This document shows positions 14,244 through 23,611 of a stretch of DNA of 38,672 bases, one piece after another; position 1 is the first letter of the stretch; every line of letters begins with the position of its first letter. A program made the translations under genes and the position numbers. This DNA is from a virus (Duplodnaviria > Caudoviricetes): IMG/VR virus record IMGVR_UViG_3300024309_000065, positions 1-38,672 of that record; one strand, written 5' to 3'. The notes below the pieces were generated by a model, which had not been told where the DNA came from, made no database searches, and saw only the letters and a program-made list of their open reading frames with translations.

Positions 14244-16479
14244 GTCCGTCGTCGTAGCTGGATCGGGCCTTCCGCGCCTTGGCCTGCTCCATCATCGCCA
14301 TCAGCCGGCGGCACAAGGCATCTGCATCCTCGTCGGGTCGCTGCTGGATATGCAGATGATAGGTATCCCCGGCGGTCTGCGCCGGCATCGCCTGGGCAGG
14401 GTGCCGCGCACCGGCTGCAGGCGCGGCCATGGCCAGGGCGCCAGCTGCTGCGACACCGGCGGCCATGCGCCCAGCGGCCCGCGCAGGGCCGTGGCGATTG
14501 CCGTCAATGCCGCGCTCAAGCCCGCCGGCGACATGGCCACCCAGCGCCATGAAGACGCGCGAGGGGGACTTGATGCCCAGATAGGCCTTGAACTGAGTGA
14601 TGCCGTATTTGGCCATGTCGATCAGCTTCTTGCCCAGCGCCATGGGATTGATGGCCAGCAGCAGGCCCTGCATCATCATTGACCCGATATTCTTCATCCA
14701 GTCGGGCAAGCCGCCGATCGCGCCCTTCACCCAGGCGACGCCCGCCTTGAACGCGCCGCTGATCTTGTCCCAATGGGTGTAGACCAGGTAGGCGGCCACG
14801 CCGAGCGCGACGATGATGCCGGTGATGATCAGCATGATCGGATTGGCGAGCATCATGGCGCCGGCGCGCATGAAGCCCCGGCCCATGAACAGCGCAGCCG
14901 TGCGGAGCATCGAGAAGGCTGGCGCCGCCTTCTTCAGTATCCCGCCGGTAGTCGTGATGAGCGTTCCGAATTTGGATACACCCTCCACCTTGCGGAAAAA
15001 GGCGATCGTCTTGCCGAACGGTCCAAGGATGCCGCCGAACGCGAATTTGAGAACGCCCAGCCCCATGCGCAGGCCGATGAGCGCAGACAGCGTGGTCACT
15101 ATGGTCGACGCCAGCTGCGGGTTGGCCTGCGCCCAATCGCGCATGGACAGCACGACACCCCGCACCGATTGGGCGGCGCTGGTGATAGTCGGCAGCATCG
15201 TCGTGCCCACCTCGATATTGAGCGCCTTGAGCGAGTTCATGGCAAGCCCGGTCGCGCCCTCCGTCGTGGCGACGGCGGCCAGATATTCCTTGTTCATCGA
15301 CCCGGCATAGGCCGCCTTGTTGCCGACCAGCGCGAAGTTCGCCTGCAGCTTGTCGAGGTTGACCAGCATCGGGGAGATCGCGCCGACCGATTCGGATCCG
15401 AACAGATCGGTGAGCATGCCGGCTTGCGCTGCCTTCGGCACCTTGCTCAGGCGCTGCAGCACATCCGTGATCGCGCCGCCGGCGTCCTTCTGCATCCGCC
15501 CTGCCAGATCCGTGGTCGTCAGGCCCAAAGTCTTGAGAACGGCTTCCTGGCTCTTGGTGGCAGATGTGCCCTTGGTCAGAGCGAGCATCATGTTCTTGAT
15601 GCCGGTGGCCGCCACCTCCTCTTCGACGCCGACGCTGTTGAGTAGCTGGGCCATGGCCCCTACCTGCGACGCGGAAACGCCGGCCACACCGCCGAGCGCG
15701 CCGATCCGCGTGATGACGCCGGCGACCGCCGTGGCATTGCCGCCATAGGTATTGGTCAGCGCGTTGACCTGATCGGAAAGCCGAACGACATCGGTCTGCC
15801 CAAGCGAAAAGGCGGTGCGCCATTTGGCCATCATCCCGCCAGCCTCATCACCGGTCATGTCGAAGGCGACGCCCATCTTTGCCGCATCCTCCGCAAAGCG
15901 GAGCAGCTCTTTCCGGGGGATATTGGCCCGGCCCGCCGCAGCCACGATCGCGGCGATGCCTTCGGCCGCCATGGGGATGCGCGTCGACAGCGTCAGGATA
16001 TCGCTGCCCATTTGCGCATAGGCCTTGGGCGTCGGGAAATCGACGACCTTGCGGACATCGGCCATCGCCGCTTCGAAGGTCATGGCCTGTTTCGCCGCCG
16101 CTATAAGGGGAATGGCGTTGACGGCAGCGCCGACGATGCTGTCGCGCCCGCTGTCCTTCAGCTGCTGACCGCGCCGCTGCATCGCCTGCTTGTCAGCGTC
16201 GATCGCGGCCAGGCGGCGCTGGCGCCGCATCTGGTCGTTGGTGGCGGCGAGCTGCCGTTCAAGATCCCGCTCGCGCTCCACCAGCTGCGTCACGTTGCCG
16301 CTGCCCTTGGCAATCTCTCGCTGGACAGATTGAAGGTCGCGGGTGAGCTTACGGGCGTCACCGGTCAGAGCGCGGAGGGATTTGGACCCCTTGCCGCCCA
16401 GGCCGACGATGTTCTTCAGCGCGCCCGACATCTTGTCGACGCCGACGAAGTTGACCAGCAGGGAGAGTTTGTTGTTCAT
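14239..16479 (-). CDS. T: Tail tape measure protein (TP901 family)
   Basis: FEAAMADVRKVVDF, LFGSES, LGIKSPSRVF; Ala-rich and helical. Confidence 0.93.
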   Translation of the reverse strand: MNNKLSLLVNFVGVDKMSGALKNIVGLGGKGSKSLRALTGDARKLTRDLQSVQREIAKGSGNVTQLVERERDLERQLAATNDQMRRQRRLAAIDADKQAMQRRGQQLKDSGRDSIVGAAVNAIPLIAAAKQAMTFEAAMADVRKVVDFPTPKAYAQMGSDILTLSTRIPMAAEGIAAIVAAAGRANIPRKELLRFAEDAAKMGVAFDMTGDEAGGMMAKWRTAFSLGQTDVVRLSDQVNALTNTYGGNATAVAGVITRIGALGGVAGVSASQVGAMAQLLNSVGVEEEVAATGIKNMMLALTKGTSATKSQEAVLKTLGLTTTDLAGRMQKDAGGAITDVLQRLSKVPKAAQAGMLTDLFGSESVGAISPMLVNLDKLQANFALVGNKAAYAGSMNKEYLAAVATTEGATGLAMNSLKALNIEVGTTMLPTITSAAQSVRGVVLSMRDWAQANPQLASTIVTTLSALIGLRMGLGVLKFAFGGILGPFGKTIAFFRKVEGVSKFGTLITTTGGILKKAAPAFSMLRTAALFMGRGFMRAGAMMLANPIMLIITGIIVALGVAAYLVYTHWDKISGAFKAGVAWVKGAIGGLPDWMKNIGSMMMQGLLLAINPMALGKKLIDMAKYGITQFKAYLGIKSPSRVFMALGGHVAGGLERGIDGNRHGPARAAGRMAAGVAAAGALAMAAPAAGARHPAQAMPAQTAGDTYHLHIQQRPDEDADALCRRLMAMMEQAKARKARSSYDDGR

Positions 16480-16610
16480 CAGCTTTCCTTGCCGCCCCAC
16501 ATGGTATTGAAGCGGGCCGTGGCCCGCCCGCTCCATTCGATCAGTTCAGCCAGATCCAGTTCGCGCAGCTCCGACAGGGGCCAGTGGAAAACCGCCGCGA
16601 TATTGGCCAT
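16479..16610 (-). CDS. E': gpE' extension (tail assembly chaperone, -1 frameshift product)
   Basis: MANIAAVFHWPLSELRELDLAELIEW is the GpE' signature; the -1 frame is open from the T7 run in gpE. Confidence 0.85.
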   Translation of the reverse strand: MANIAAVFHWPLSELRELDLAELIEWSGRATARFNTMWGGKES

Positions 16611-16963
16611 CAGGTCGTAGGCATCAGTCCCGCGAAGAAGTTTTCGACCGCCTTCTTCTCCGTCGAGGTCATAAAAAAACCACGGATGACGCCCCCGATT
16701 TCGGCCAGGTCATCCGCCTCCAGATTGTCGGCTTCATCCTTGATCAGGATCGGGTCGGAAATGCGCTGCACCAGGGTGATGATGGTGCCAATATCGGTCT
16801 GCATGATGTCCTGCAGGGTCAGGCCGCGCAGCTCGCCGCCCTTGGGCTTGCGCAGGGTCAGCTTCTCGATCGTCGTTTCGCCACGGATGATGGGCGTGTT
16901 GAGGGTGACGGTTTCGAAGCGGTTCTTGTTCTCGCTGGCGGCAGCGACTTGCGGGTCGGTCAT
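16610..16963 (-). CDS. E: Tail assembly chaperone gpE
   Basis: VTLNTPIIRGETTIEKLTLRKPKGGELRGL...GFF. Confidence 0.9.
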   Translation of the reverse strand: MTDPQVAAASENKNRFETVTLNTPIIRGETTIEKLTLRKPKGGELRGLTLQDIMQTDIGTIITLVQRISDPILIKDEADNLEADDLAEIGGVIRGFFMTSTEKKAVENFFAGLMPTT

Positions 16964-17083
16964 GCGGGGATCCTTTGCGGCGGGGCGAATGGGCCGATGG
17001 GGGATGAGGAGAAGAACGACCCCACCGGCCCACCGCCGGACGGCAGCCCCGCATAAGGCCGCCCGGCGGATCTGGTGCGAGCG

Positions 17084-17593
17084 TCAGCCCATCAGGATCG
17101 CCATGATCTCCGCATAGCGATCGATGCCGTTGACCATGAAGACGCCCTGGATGAAGTCGATCTCCACCTCTGTCCGACCATCGACGACGCGGCGGTAATA
17201 GGAGAGCGCGGCGGTATATTTATGCTCGGTCTGATCGCCGGGCTTGTCCTTGCCCAGGTCGATTTCGGTGAAGCGGCCGCCGGCATAGATCTCGACCGCC
17301 TGGGCGGCGCTGCCGTCGTCGGCGCGATAGGCGCAGACCAGGCGCAGGCGGGTGCCCTCAATGCTGGTCGTGCCGAATTCGCGGACCAGGCTGACTTCGT
17401 GGCCGCCGAAGGTCAGGGTCGCCTCCATCGCGGCAACGCCCTTGTCGAGCTTGACCGCGCCGACCATGCCGCCGCCGCGATAATCCTCCGTCTCGATCGC
17501 CAGCTTGGGCTGTTCGAATTCGGAGACGACGCCGAGATAGGAGACGCCATTCTTGAAGGCGTTGATGTTCACAAGGTTACGGGGCAGGCCCAT
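17084..17593 (-). CDS. FII: Tail tube protein
   Basis: MGLPRNL...EDYRGGGMVG...VNGID. Confidence 0.93.
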   Translation of the reverse strand: MGLPRNLVNINAFKNGVSYLGVVSEFEQPKLAIETEDYRGGGMVGAVKLDKGVAAMEATLTFGGHEVSLVREFGTTSIEGTRLRLVCAYRADDGSAAQAVEIYAGGRFTEIDLGKDKPGDQTEHKYTAALSYYRRVVDGRTEVEIDFIQGVFMVNGIDRYAEIMAILMG

Positions 17594-17630
17594 GGCTCTA
17601 GTCCTTTAGCGGTCGGGTGAGGCGAGGAAA

Positions 17631-18785
17631 TCAGGCGAGCTGGTCAGCGAAGCCGTCATAATATTCGGCCGTGTTGATCAGCTCGATGATCGGGTTTTCC
17701 AGCGGCGCGACCGCCGTATATTTGAGGCTGATGGTCGGGCGACCGGACGCCAGCGCGGCGGAGCTGTTTTTCGACGGATCATAATAGGCCAGCGCGCCGA
17801 TCAGGCGGCCATCCACCACCAGCTGGCGCAGCTGGGCATTGATGGTTTCCAGCACATCCTTGATCAGGCCCACGGTCATGGGCTGATCGAGGAAGGGGGC
17901 GAGCGCCGACAGGATCATGTCCTGCAGGGCGAAGCTGGTCAGCACCGCGCTTTCGAAGCTGAATTCGGGCTGATCATCGCCGGCGCAGGTGCGATTGCCC
18001 CAGAAGCGGAAACCATTGTTGCGGATCAGGGTGACGATCTGGGCCGCGTTGAGCAGGCCGGCGTCATTGCTTTCGTCCTGCAGGTCGAAATGGACATCGC
18101 GGGTCAGGCTGGTGATGCCGCCGATCGTCACGTTGCTCAGCGTCTTGTGCCAGCCCTGTTCCTCTGTGATCTTCGCCCGCAGGCCGAGCGCGCGGGCGAC
18201 GGCATCGCCGGGCGCGACGTCGGAGCTGTCCGGCCAGATCAGGGTGAGTTCCCGGTCGCCGAAATTGTCGCGATAGAGGATGGCTTCGGCGACATCGTCG
18301 CCCTGCGCCTGGGCATAGACGCGGGCGCGCAGTTTCTTGGCCGCCACCACCAGCTCCGCCGTCACCGCCTCGCTATCCAGCCCCGGCGCGCCCAGGATGC
18401 GCGGGCGGATGCCGACCTTGCTTTCGGCCGCCAGCAGCGCCTGAATGCCGGTGTAGAGATTGCCGTCGGTGCCGCCGATGACATTGGCGTCGGTTTCGGC
18501 CTGATCATCGCCGGGTGCCACGCGCACGACGATGACGATCGGGCTGGTCTGATCGCCGATCGCCTCCAGCGCGGCCTTGAGCGTGCCGCCCGTGCCGGCG
18601 TTGCCGGCGGCGGCATCGACGTCGGTGACCAGCACGGGCGTGTTGAGCGGGAAGGCGGCGTCCAGTTCGGTGGTGGGGGCGCCGACCGCAGCCGTGGCGG
18701 TGGCGATCAGGCCGATATAGCCCAGGCTCGACGCCAGGATGGTGCGGGCGCCGATGGTGGTTTCGCGGATGGTGATGCCGTGCAT
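17631..18785 (-). CDS. FI: Tail sheath protein
   Basis: MHGITIRE, PRILGAPG, GWHKTLSN, GFRFWGNRTC. Confidence 0.95.
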   Translation of the reverse strand: MHGITIRETTIGARTILASSLGYIGLIATATAAVGAPTTELDAAFPLNTPVLVTDVDAAAGNAGTGGTLKAALEAIGDQTSPIVIVVRVAPGDDQAETDANVIGGTDGNLYTGIQALLAAESKVGIRPRILGAPGLDSEAVTAELVVAAKKLRARVYAQAQGDDVAEAILYRDNFGDRELTLIWPDSSDVAPGDAVARALGLRAKITEEQGWHKTLSNVTIGGITSLTRDVHFDLQDESNDAGLLNAAQIVTLIRNNGFRFWGNRTCAGDDQPEFSFESAVLTSFALQDMILSALAPFLDQPMTVGLIKDVLETINAQLRQLVVDGRLIGALAYYDPSKNSSAALASGRPTISLKYTAVAPLENPIIELINTAEYYDGFADQLA

Positions 18786-18795
18786 GGTTGGCCTT

Positions 18796-19158
18796 TCAGC
18801 TGGCGATGGTCGAGGGGAGCGGGATGTAAAGGGTGGTGCGCGCCGTCGCCGCCGGGACGTCGGTTCGGGTGCCGGTGATGGTGATGGTCAGGTTGCCCTG
18901 GGCCGGGGATCCGGACAGGGCGACACGGCTGACCTTAATGCGCGGTTCCCAGCGGCGCAGCGCGACCGCCGTCGCCGCGCGCAGCAACATCGCCGTGGCC
19001 GCGTTCAAGGGCTGGTCGATCAGGTCGAAGAGCAGCGAGCCATAGTCGCGCAGCATCACCCGCGACCCCAGCGGGGTGCTGAGGATATCGGCGATCGACT
19101 GGGCGAGATGATCCGCGCCCTCGATCGGCTTTCCTGTGGTGACGTTCATGCCCTTCAT
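18796..19158 (-). CDS. W: Baseplate wedge protein gpW/gp25-like
   Basis: HLAQSIADILSTPLGSRVMLRDYGS...WEPRI. Confidence 0.93.
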   Translation of the reverse strand: MKGMNVTTGKPIEGADHLAQSIADILSTPLGSRVMLRDYGSLLFDLIDQPLNAATAMLLRAATAVALRRWEPRIKVSRVALSGSPAQGNLTITITGTRTDVPAATARTTLYIPLPSTIAS

Positions 19159-19183
19159 GGAGACAAGCCATGGCTTGCATCGT

Positions 19184-19225
19184 CGCGCGCGCGAAGGGCG
19201 GGCCGGGGTAGGAGGCGGTGCTACC
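19184..19225 (-). promoter_or_regulatory. Putative Ogr-dependent late promoter (gpW-FI-FII-E-T)
   Basis: CGCGCGCGCGAAG 19184-19196 and GGT-N13-ACC 19207-19225. Confidence 0.75.
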
Positions 19226-19799
19226 CCGTGACAGGCGGACCGGACTGCGCGGATCCGGCCTGCACATTGCCATGCTTGTGGGATTTGAGGCTGATGCCGG
19301 CGGCGGTGACATCGTCGGTCGCGGTCAGGGTGCCCTGCAAATCGACAGGGCCTTCGATCCGGACAGGGCCGCGCAGGATCATGCCGCCGGGCGCCTCGAC
19401 CAGGGCGACGGCGGCGTCGGGCAGGATGGCGGTCAGCGCATGCGCCTCCGGATCATAGCCGACACGGGCGCCGTCCGCATATTCGACCAGTTCGGCCAGC
19501 GTGGATCCGGGCGGCGGGAATTGGTCGCTCCAGATCCCGACCACGGCGATGGCGGCGGCGATCTGGCCATCGGGGACCAGCAACAGCGCCTGTTCCCCGA
19601 CGCTGATCGGCGACCAGCTGCGGGTCTTGCCGGCGCGCGGGGCGAGCCAGCGGATCGGCGGGGTTTCCGCGCCGCCATCCTCATCATCCGGGTCGCCATA
19701 GCGCACGGTGCAGCGCGCGGCCGCCAGATCGACCGAAGCGATCGAGCCGAGGCGGATCAGCTCCGACAGGTCGGCAGGGATGTCTTCCGCCTGCCTCAC
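19221..19799 (-). CDS. V: Baseplate spike gpV
   Basis: LIRLGSIASVD, RAGKTRSWSPISVGEQ, C-terminal HKH metal-binding motif; GTG start. Confidence 0.92.
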   Translation of the reverse strand: MRQAEDIPADLSELIRLGSIASVDLAAARCTVRYGDPDDEDGGAETPPIRWLAPRAGKTRSWSPISVGEQALLLVPDGQIAAAIAVVGIWSDQFPPPGSTLAELVEYADGARVGYDPEAHALTAILPDAAVALVEAPGGMILRGPVRIEGPVDLQGTLTATDDVTAAGISLKSHKHGNVQAGSAQSGPPVTG

Positions 19800-19945
19800 G
19801 GGAGCGGACAGGCCCGGTCGATCGTGCGGATCGTCAGCACGGCCGCCGCGCGCACGGTAGCGGCATTGTCGCAGGAGATGGCCGGCATCGTCCGGCAGGC
19901 GCCGACCAGCAGCAAGGCGGGGATCAGTGGCAACAGGCGGGTCAT
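19796..19945 (-). CDS. Small lipoprotein, o-spanin candidate (49 aa)
   Basis: MTRLLPLIPALLLVGAC lipobox; directly downstream of the holin candidate. Confidence 0.65.
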   Translation of the reverse strand: MTRLLPLIPALLLVGACRTMPAISCDNAATVRAAAVLTIRTIDRACPLP

Positions 19946-20163
19946 TCGCCCTTGCCGCCATTTTGCGCGCCGGTGAACAGGAAGGCCATGACCAGGCCAA
20001 TGAGGCCCTGGATGACGATCGCCTGCGCCAGACTCTTGAACAGGTCGTTCTGCGCCAGCTCCGGGCGGATCAGGATCATCACCAGAACGAAGATGGTGAG
20101 CGCGAAAGAGCCACCGCCCGCGATGATGCGGGCGGTGGCCATGGTGATGGGTGGCAGCTTCAT
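19942..20163 (-). CDS. Holin candidate (two TM segments)
   Basis: Two hydrophobic helices and a charged C-terminus; adjacent to the endolysin. Confidence 0.65.
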   Translation of the reverse strand: MKLPPITMATARIIAGGGSFALTIFVLVMILIRPELAQNDLFKSLAQAIVIQGLIGLVMAFLFTGAQNGGKGE

Positions 20164-20909
20164 CGCGCCCACTCTCCGGTCTTGGCCTTGAGCCAGGTGA
20201 GAAATTCGCTGACGGTGGCATTACGCCGATTCCCGTCGGGCAGCTCGCGCGTGAAGATCGACAGGTTTGCATTGGTGGCCGCTGGTCCTGCGATTGCGGC
20301 TGCATCTGCCTTCACGTCGGCGCCGATGACGGCGGCGGCGGTCAGGGGGCCAAGGAAGTGGGCGGCGTAGAGGGTGGCCCGGTTGATGGGGATGGACTTG
20401 CCCTGCAGATAGACCGCGTTCTTGCGGGTGAAGCTCTTGGCCCGCTCGGTCTGTTCATCGGGCGAAGGCTTGAGGCCGCCGAAGGCCTGCGCCGTGTCCG
20501 GCCCCCATTTGCCGCCCTCGCCAAGCCAGGTGGACTTGATGAATTGATAGAGGCCCGATGCGCTGGAGGTGGGCGCCTTAACATATGGGCGGTCCGCGCT
20601 CTCGATCTTCGACAGCATCGGCCAATAGCTGACCGGGATGCCGACCGTCGGCAGATCCTGCGGCGGGGCGATCCGGTCGAGCTGCGCGATCGTATCGCGG
20701 CCCGCCCAGCCATCGACCACCAGCCCATGCAGCCGCTGGAACAGGCGCACGAAGGCGTCGTCATCAAGCGGCAGGGTCAGATGCGGCAGGGCGATGGGCG
20801 CGTTCTCGCCCAGCTTGCCGATCGTGCGGGCGCCGGCGACACCATCACGCACCAGGCCGAAGCGCGCCTGGAACAGGCACACGAAATCATTGTCGGTGAT
20901 GAGGGTCAT
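20160..20909 (-). CDS. Endolysin: two peptidoglycan-binding repeats + lytic transglycosylase-like domain
   Basis: FQ..GL..DG.AG..T twice; IES, SSASGLYQFIKSTW, LYAAHFLG. Confidence 0.88.
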   Translation of the reverse strand: MTLITDNDFVCLFQARFGLVRDGVAGARTIGKLGENAPIALPHLTLPLDDDAFVRLFQRLHGLVVDGWAGRDTIAQLDRIAPPQDLPTVGIPVSYWPMLSKIESADRPYVKAPTSSASGLYQFIKSTWLGEGGKWGPDTAQAFGGLKPSPDEQTERAKSFTRKNAVYLQGKSIPINRATLYAAHFLGPLTAAAVIGADVKADAAAIAGPAATNANLSIFTRELPDGNRRNATVSEFLTWLKAKTGEWAR

Positions 20910-21268
20910 CGAATTTCCTCCAGTCGGGCTTCCATGTCGGCGGGGACGTGCAGGTGCAGGGGAAAGGCATCGCCCAGGATGGCGCGCACCTGCAGCAGTT
21001 CGGGGCTGTTGGGATCGGACCGATATTCTTTCGCCACCAGGATGTTCACCGCCACGGTCAGGCGCGTGATTCTCTCTTCAAGCTGGTCGACGCGGATGTT
21101 GAGCGACTGCACCTTCTGTGATTCTTCCCCCTGCAGCTTGGCCTCGCGTTCCTGACGGCGATCGTCGCGCTTGCCCCACCATTCGAGCAGCCAGCGCGCG
21201 CCTGCGCCCAGGCCGAACAGCCCGCCGCCGCCAAGCAGCCATTGCGCCGTGGTTGGTTCGTCGGCCAT
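20906..21268 (-). CDS. Lysis-module membrane protein (N-terminal TM + coiled coil)
   Basis: WLLGGGGLFGLGAGARWLLEWW followed by a coiled-coil-like region; first gene of the lysis cluster. Confidence 0.6.
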   Translation of the reverse strand: MADEPTTAQWLLGGGGLFGLGAGARWLLEWWGKRDDRRQEREAKLQGEESQKVQSLNIRVDQLEERITRLTVAVNILVAKEYRSDPNSPELLQVRAILGDAFPLHLHVPADMEARLEEIR

Positions 21269-21391
21269 GCGGTCAGGGACCGATCCGGTGCGGACCGGCG
21301 AGGCGTGAAGGCCGCGCGCTCAGGCTGATACTGGTCATGAATTGCTGCCCCTTGCTCAGGCCGGTCCTGTTCCGGACATGGCAAGGGCAGT

Positions 21392-21439
21392 CGCGCGCGC
21401 GAAGGGCCTGCCGGGGTAGCAGCCCGTGATACCCCGGCG
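21392..21439 (-). promoter_or_regulatory. Putative Ogr-dependent late promoter (lysis-gpV)
   Basis: CGCGCGCGCGAAG 21392-21404 and GGT-N13-ACC 21415-21433, extended as GCCGGGGTA...TACCCCGGC. Confidence 0.75.
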
Positions 21440-21467
21440 CATGGCGGTTAGGTGCGGTTATCGGGGA

Positions 21468-22274
21468 TCAGGCGTCCCACAGATCATAGCGATCATTGAT
21501 CATCGCCTCGATCGTGTCGCGCAGGCTGGTGTTGATGTGGAGCGCAGTGTTGAGCACGAGAATTTCAGCGATGTCGCCGCCGTCCATGGCGCCGCCGATG
21601 GCACTGCCGGTCGCGTTGACGCCGCCGACATGCAGGTCGGGCGAACTGTTGAAGACATCGGTCCCTGCCGGGCTGCTGATCCCGTTGAACACGGTGCCGC
21701 CATCGACGCGCAGGCCCAGGCGGTTGACGTTGGCGGGATCATGCGACCCGATGATGCACATGGGGCCGGCAGCGTAGAAGCGGTTTGCCGTGGTGGCCAC
21801 CAGCGATTGCGGGCCGCTATTGTCGGCATATTCATGGGTCAGGCCGACGCGGCCATCGCCTGCCCCTCCGGTGTGCCACAGCATCGTCTTGTTGGTGGTG
21901 CCGACCTTCGTCGCGCCGGCGAGGAACGCGTTGTCGTTCGGACCAGCGCGGCCGACGACGACCATGGAATAGGAACTGTCGACCGGGAACAGGCCCGGCC
22001 CATAAAGCTGGGTCGCGGCCGAGAAGATCAGCGCTTCCTTGCCATTATAGGCGTCGAGCGTCTGGCGCGTGGGCATGGCGTCACGCTCGATCAGCAGCTG
22101 GGCGCCGGTCTTCCAGCAGGCCCAGCCATCGGCGCTAAGCCCCTGGCTCGCGCGCCACCAGCGCAGGACGCTGCCGCTTTCCAGCAGCGCGACCTCCAAT
22201 GCCGTCGGCAGTTCAAGAGCAGGCAGGCCCGCGCTTTCGGGATTGTTGACGGGACGGCGGGTGACGACGGTCAT
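21468..22274 (-). CDS. Tail-associated protein, LamG/concanavalin-like fold candidate
   Basis: Beta-rich; LHVGG...GDIAEILVLNTAL...INDRY C-terminus typical of LamG-like phage proteins. Confidence 0.6.
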   Translation of the reverse strand: MTVVTRRPVNNPESAGLPALELPTALEVALLESGSVLRWWRASQGLSADGWACWKTGAQLLIERDAMPTRQTLDAYNGKEALIFSAATQLYGPGLFPVDSSYSMVVVGRAGPNDNAFLAGATKVGTTNKTMLWHTGGAGDGRVGLTHEYADNSGPQSLVATTANRFYAAGPMCIIGSHDPANVNRLGLRVDGGTVFNGISSPAGTDVFNSSPDLHVGGVNATGSAIGGAMDGGDIAEILVLNTALHINTSLRDTIEAMINDRYDLWDA

Positions 22275-22289
22275 GGCATTTACCTCTGA

Positions 22290-23609
22290 TCAGATGGTGA
22301 AGCGGGCGCGCAGATAGCGGGCCATGAACCGGGCCTGCAGCTTGTGGCCCAGTTCATTGAGATGGACGCCGCCAAAGCGGAAGGAGAGCGGGGTGCGTCC
22401 GGCGGCGACAGTGTCGATGTCGTCGCTGGTTGCCACAAAGCCGGGCTGGACCAGGGCAGCGTCGGCCAGCGCGCGCGGGCTGGCGAGATAGGCACGCACC
22501 GGGCAGTACGCGCGGCCATATTCCTGCCGCAGGATCGCCTCTAGCGCGAGGATGAAGGTCATGTTGCCTGCCGGTTCGCCCGTGCCGCGATCGAGAACGC
22601 CCCAGACAGTGAAGCCGCCCCGGCAAGCGCTGGTCATTGCGCGATAATGGGCCTTCATGTCGTCGAGCGACGTGTTGGCGCCGGTGGCTGGCTCGTCATT
22701 GATGCCCATGCCGATGAAGGCATGTGCCGCCAGTTCATTGCGCCCGGTGATGGAGATGAGATCGACGGTCGCGGCGGCTTTCGCCGAACCGGGGTTGACG
22801 CGGGTGAAGGTGAAGCTGGCGCCATCGACACGTGCGAGCGTGCCGCGAATGCGCGACCCGTCATCGGTCATGACGTCCCACAAGCCGCCATAGGTGTAGC
22901 TGGACAGGAAGTCGGCGATGCTGCTGGCATTGAGCGACACCGCGCCGCTGGCCGGGATCAGGCCGCCATTGACGGTCAGGGTCGGGACATAGCCGCCGGC
23001 GCGCGCCGTGATCCGGGCGGCCGTCTGGCCATTCGCGCCCCGGTTCCAGATCGGAATGCCCAGCCGGGCGCCGAGCAGCGTGGTCCAGCGCGTCGGATTG
23101 CGCGCGGTCAGTTCATCGCCATAGGTGGTGCTGTCGCCATAGGCGACGGCGCACAGCAACTGGCCGCTATTGCCGACCGGCAGGATTTCGCCGCCGCGCG
23201 CCTCGAACCGGATGCCCCAGCGATCGACGCCGGCGACAAAGCGCTGGTCCGCGTCCAGGGTCAGTTCGCGCCAGTCGCCGATCGAATGGGGATAGGACCA
23301 GGGCCGTTCGGCCAGCTGGGCGATGGCATGGCTCTTGGCTGCCCATTCGCTGTTGTCGCTCTTGCGGCCCGACGAGAAGCGACTAGCGGCGTCAAGCTCC
23401 ATCGCCTCCCATTCGGCGAGGTTGGTGACGACGGGATGGCCGGTTGCCGCCTCGATCGGCGCGACGCGGGCATTGACTGCCGCGATCTGCGTGCCCGTGG
23501 CGAACAGCGAGGCCGGCGCCTTCTTGGTCGCCTGGCCATCCTCGACGATGATGGTTTCGTCGCCGGTAAGTTCGCCCTCGAACGGCGGCAATTGCTGGAT
23601 GAGCGGCAT
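22290..23609 (-). CDS. Tail-associated SGNH/GDSL hydrolase (esterase tailspike candidate)
   Basis: AYGDSTT (block I), NRGANG (II), GMGIND (III), GVHLNELG (V). Confidence 0.78.
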   Translation of the reverse strand: MPLIQQLPPFEGELTGDETIIVEDGQATKKAPASLFATGTQIAAVNARVAPIEAATGHPVVTNLAEWEAMELDAASRFSSGRKSDNSEWAAKSHAIAQLAERPWSYPHSIGDWRELTLDADQRFVAGVDRWGIRFEARGGEILPVGNSGQLLCAVAYGDSTTYGDELTARNPTRWTTLLGARLGIPIWNRGANGQTAARITARAGGYVPTLTVNGGLIPASGAVSLNASSIADFLSSYTYGGLWDVMTDDGSRIRGTLARVDGASFTFTRVNPGSAKAAATVDLISITGRNELAAHAFIGMGINDEPATGANTSLDDMKAHYRAMTSACRGGFTVWGVLDRGTGEPAGNMTFILALEAILRQEYGRAYCPVRAYLASPRALADAALVQPGFVATSDDIDTVAAGRTPLSFRFGGVHLNELGHKLQARFMARYLRARFTI

Positions 23610-23611
23610 GG

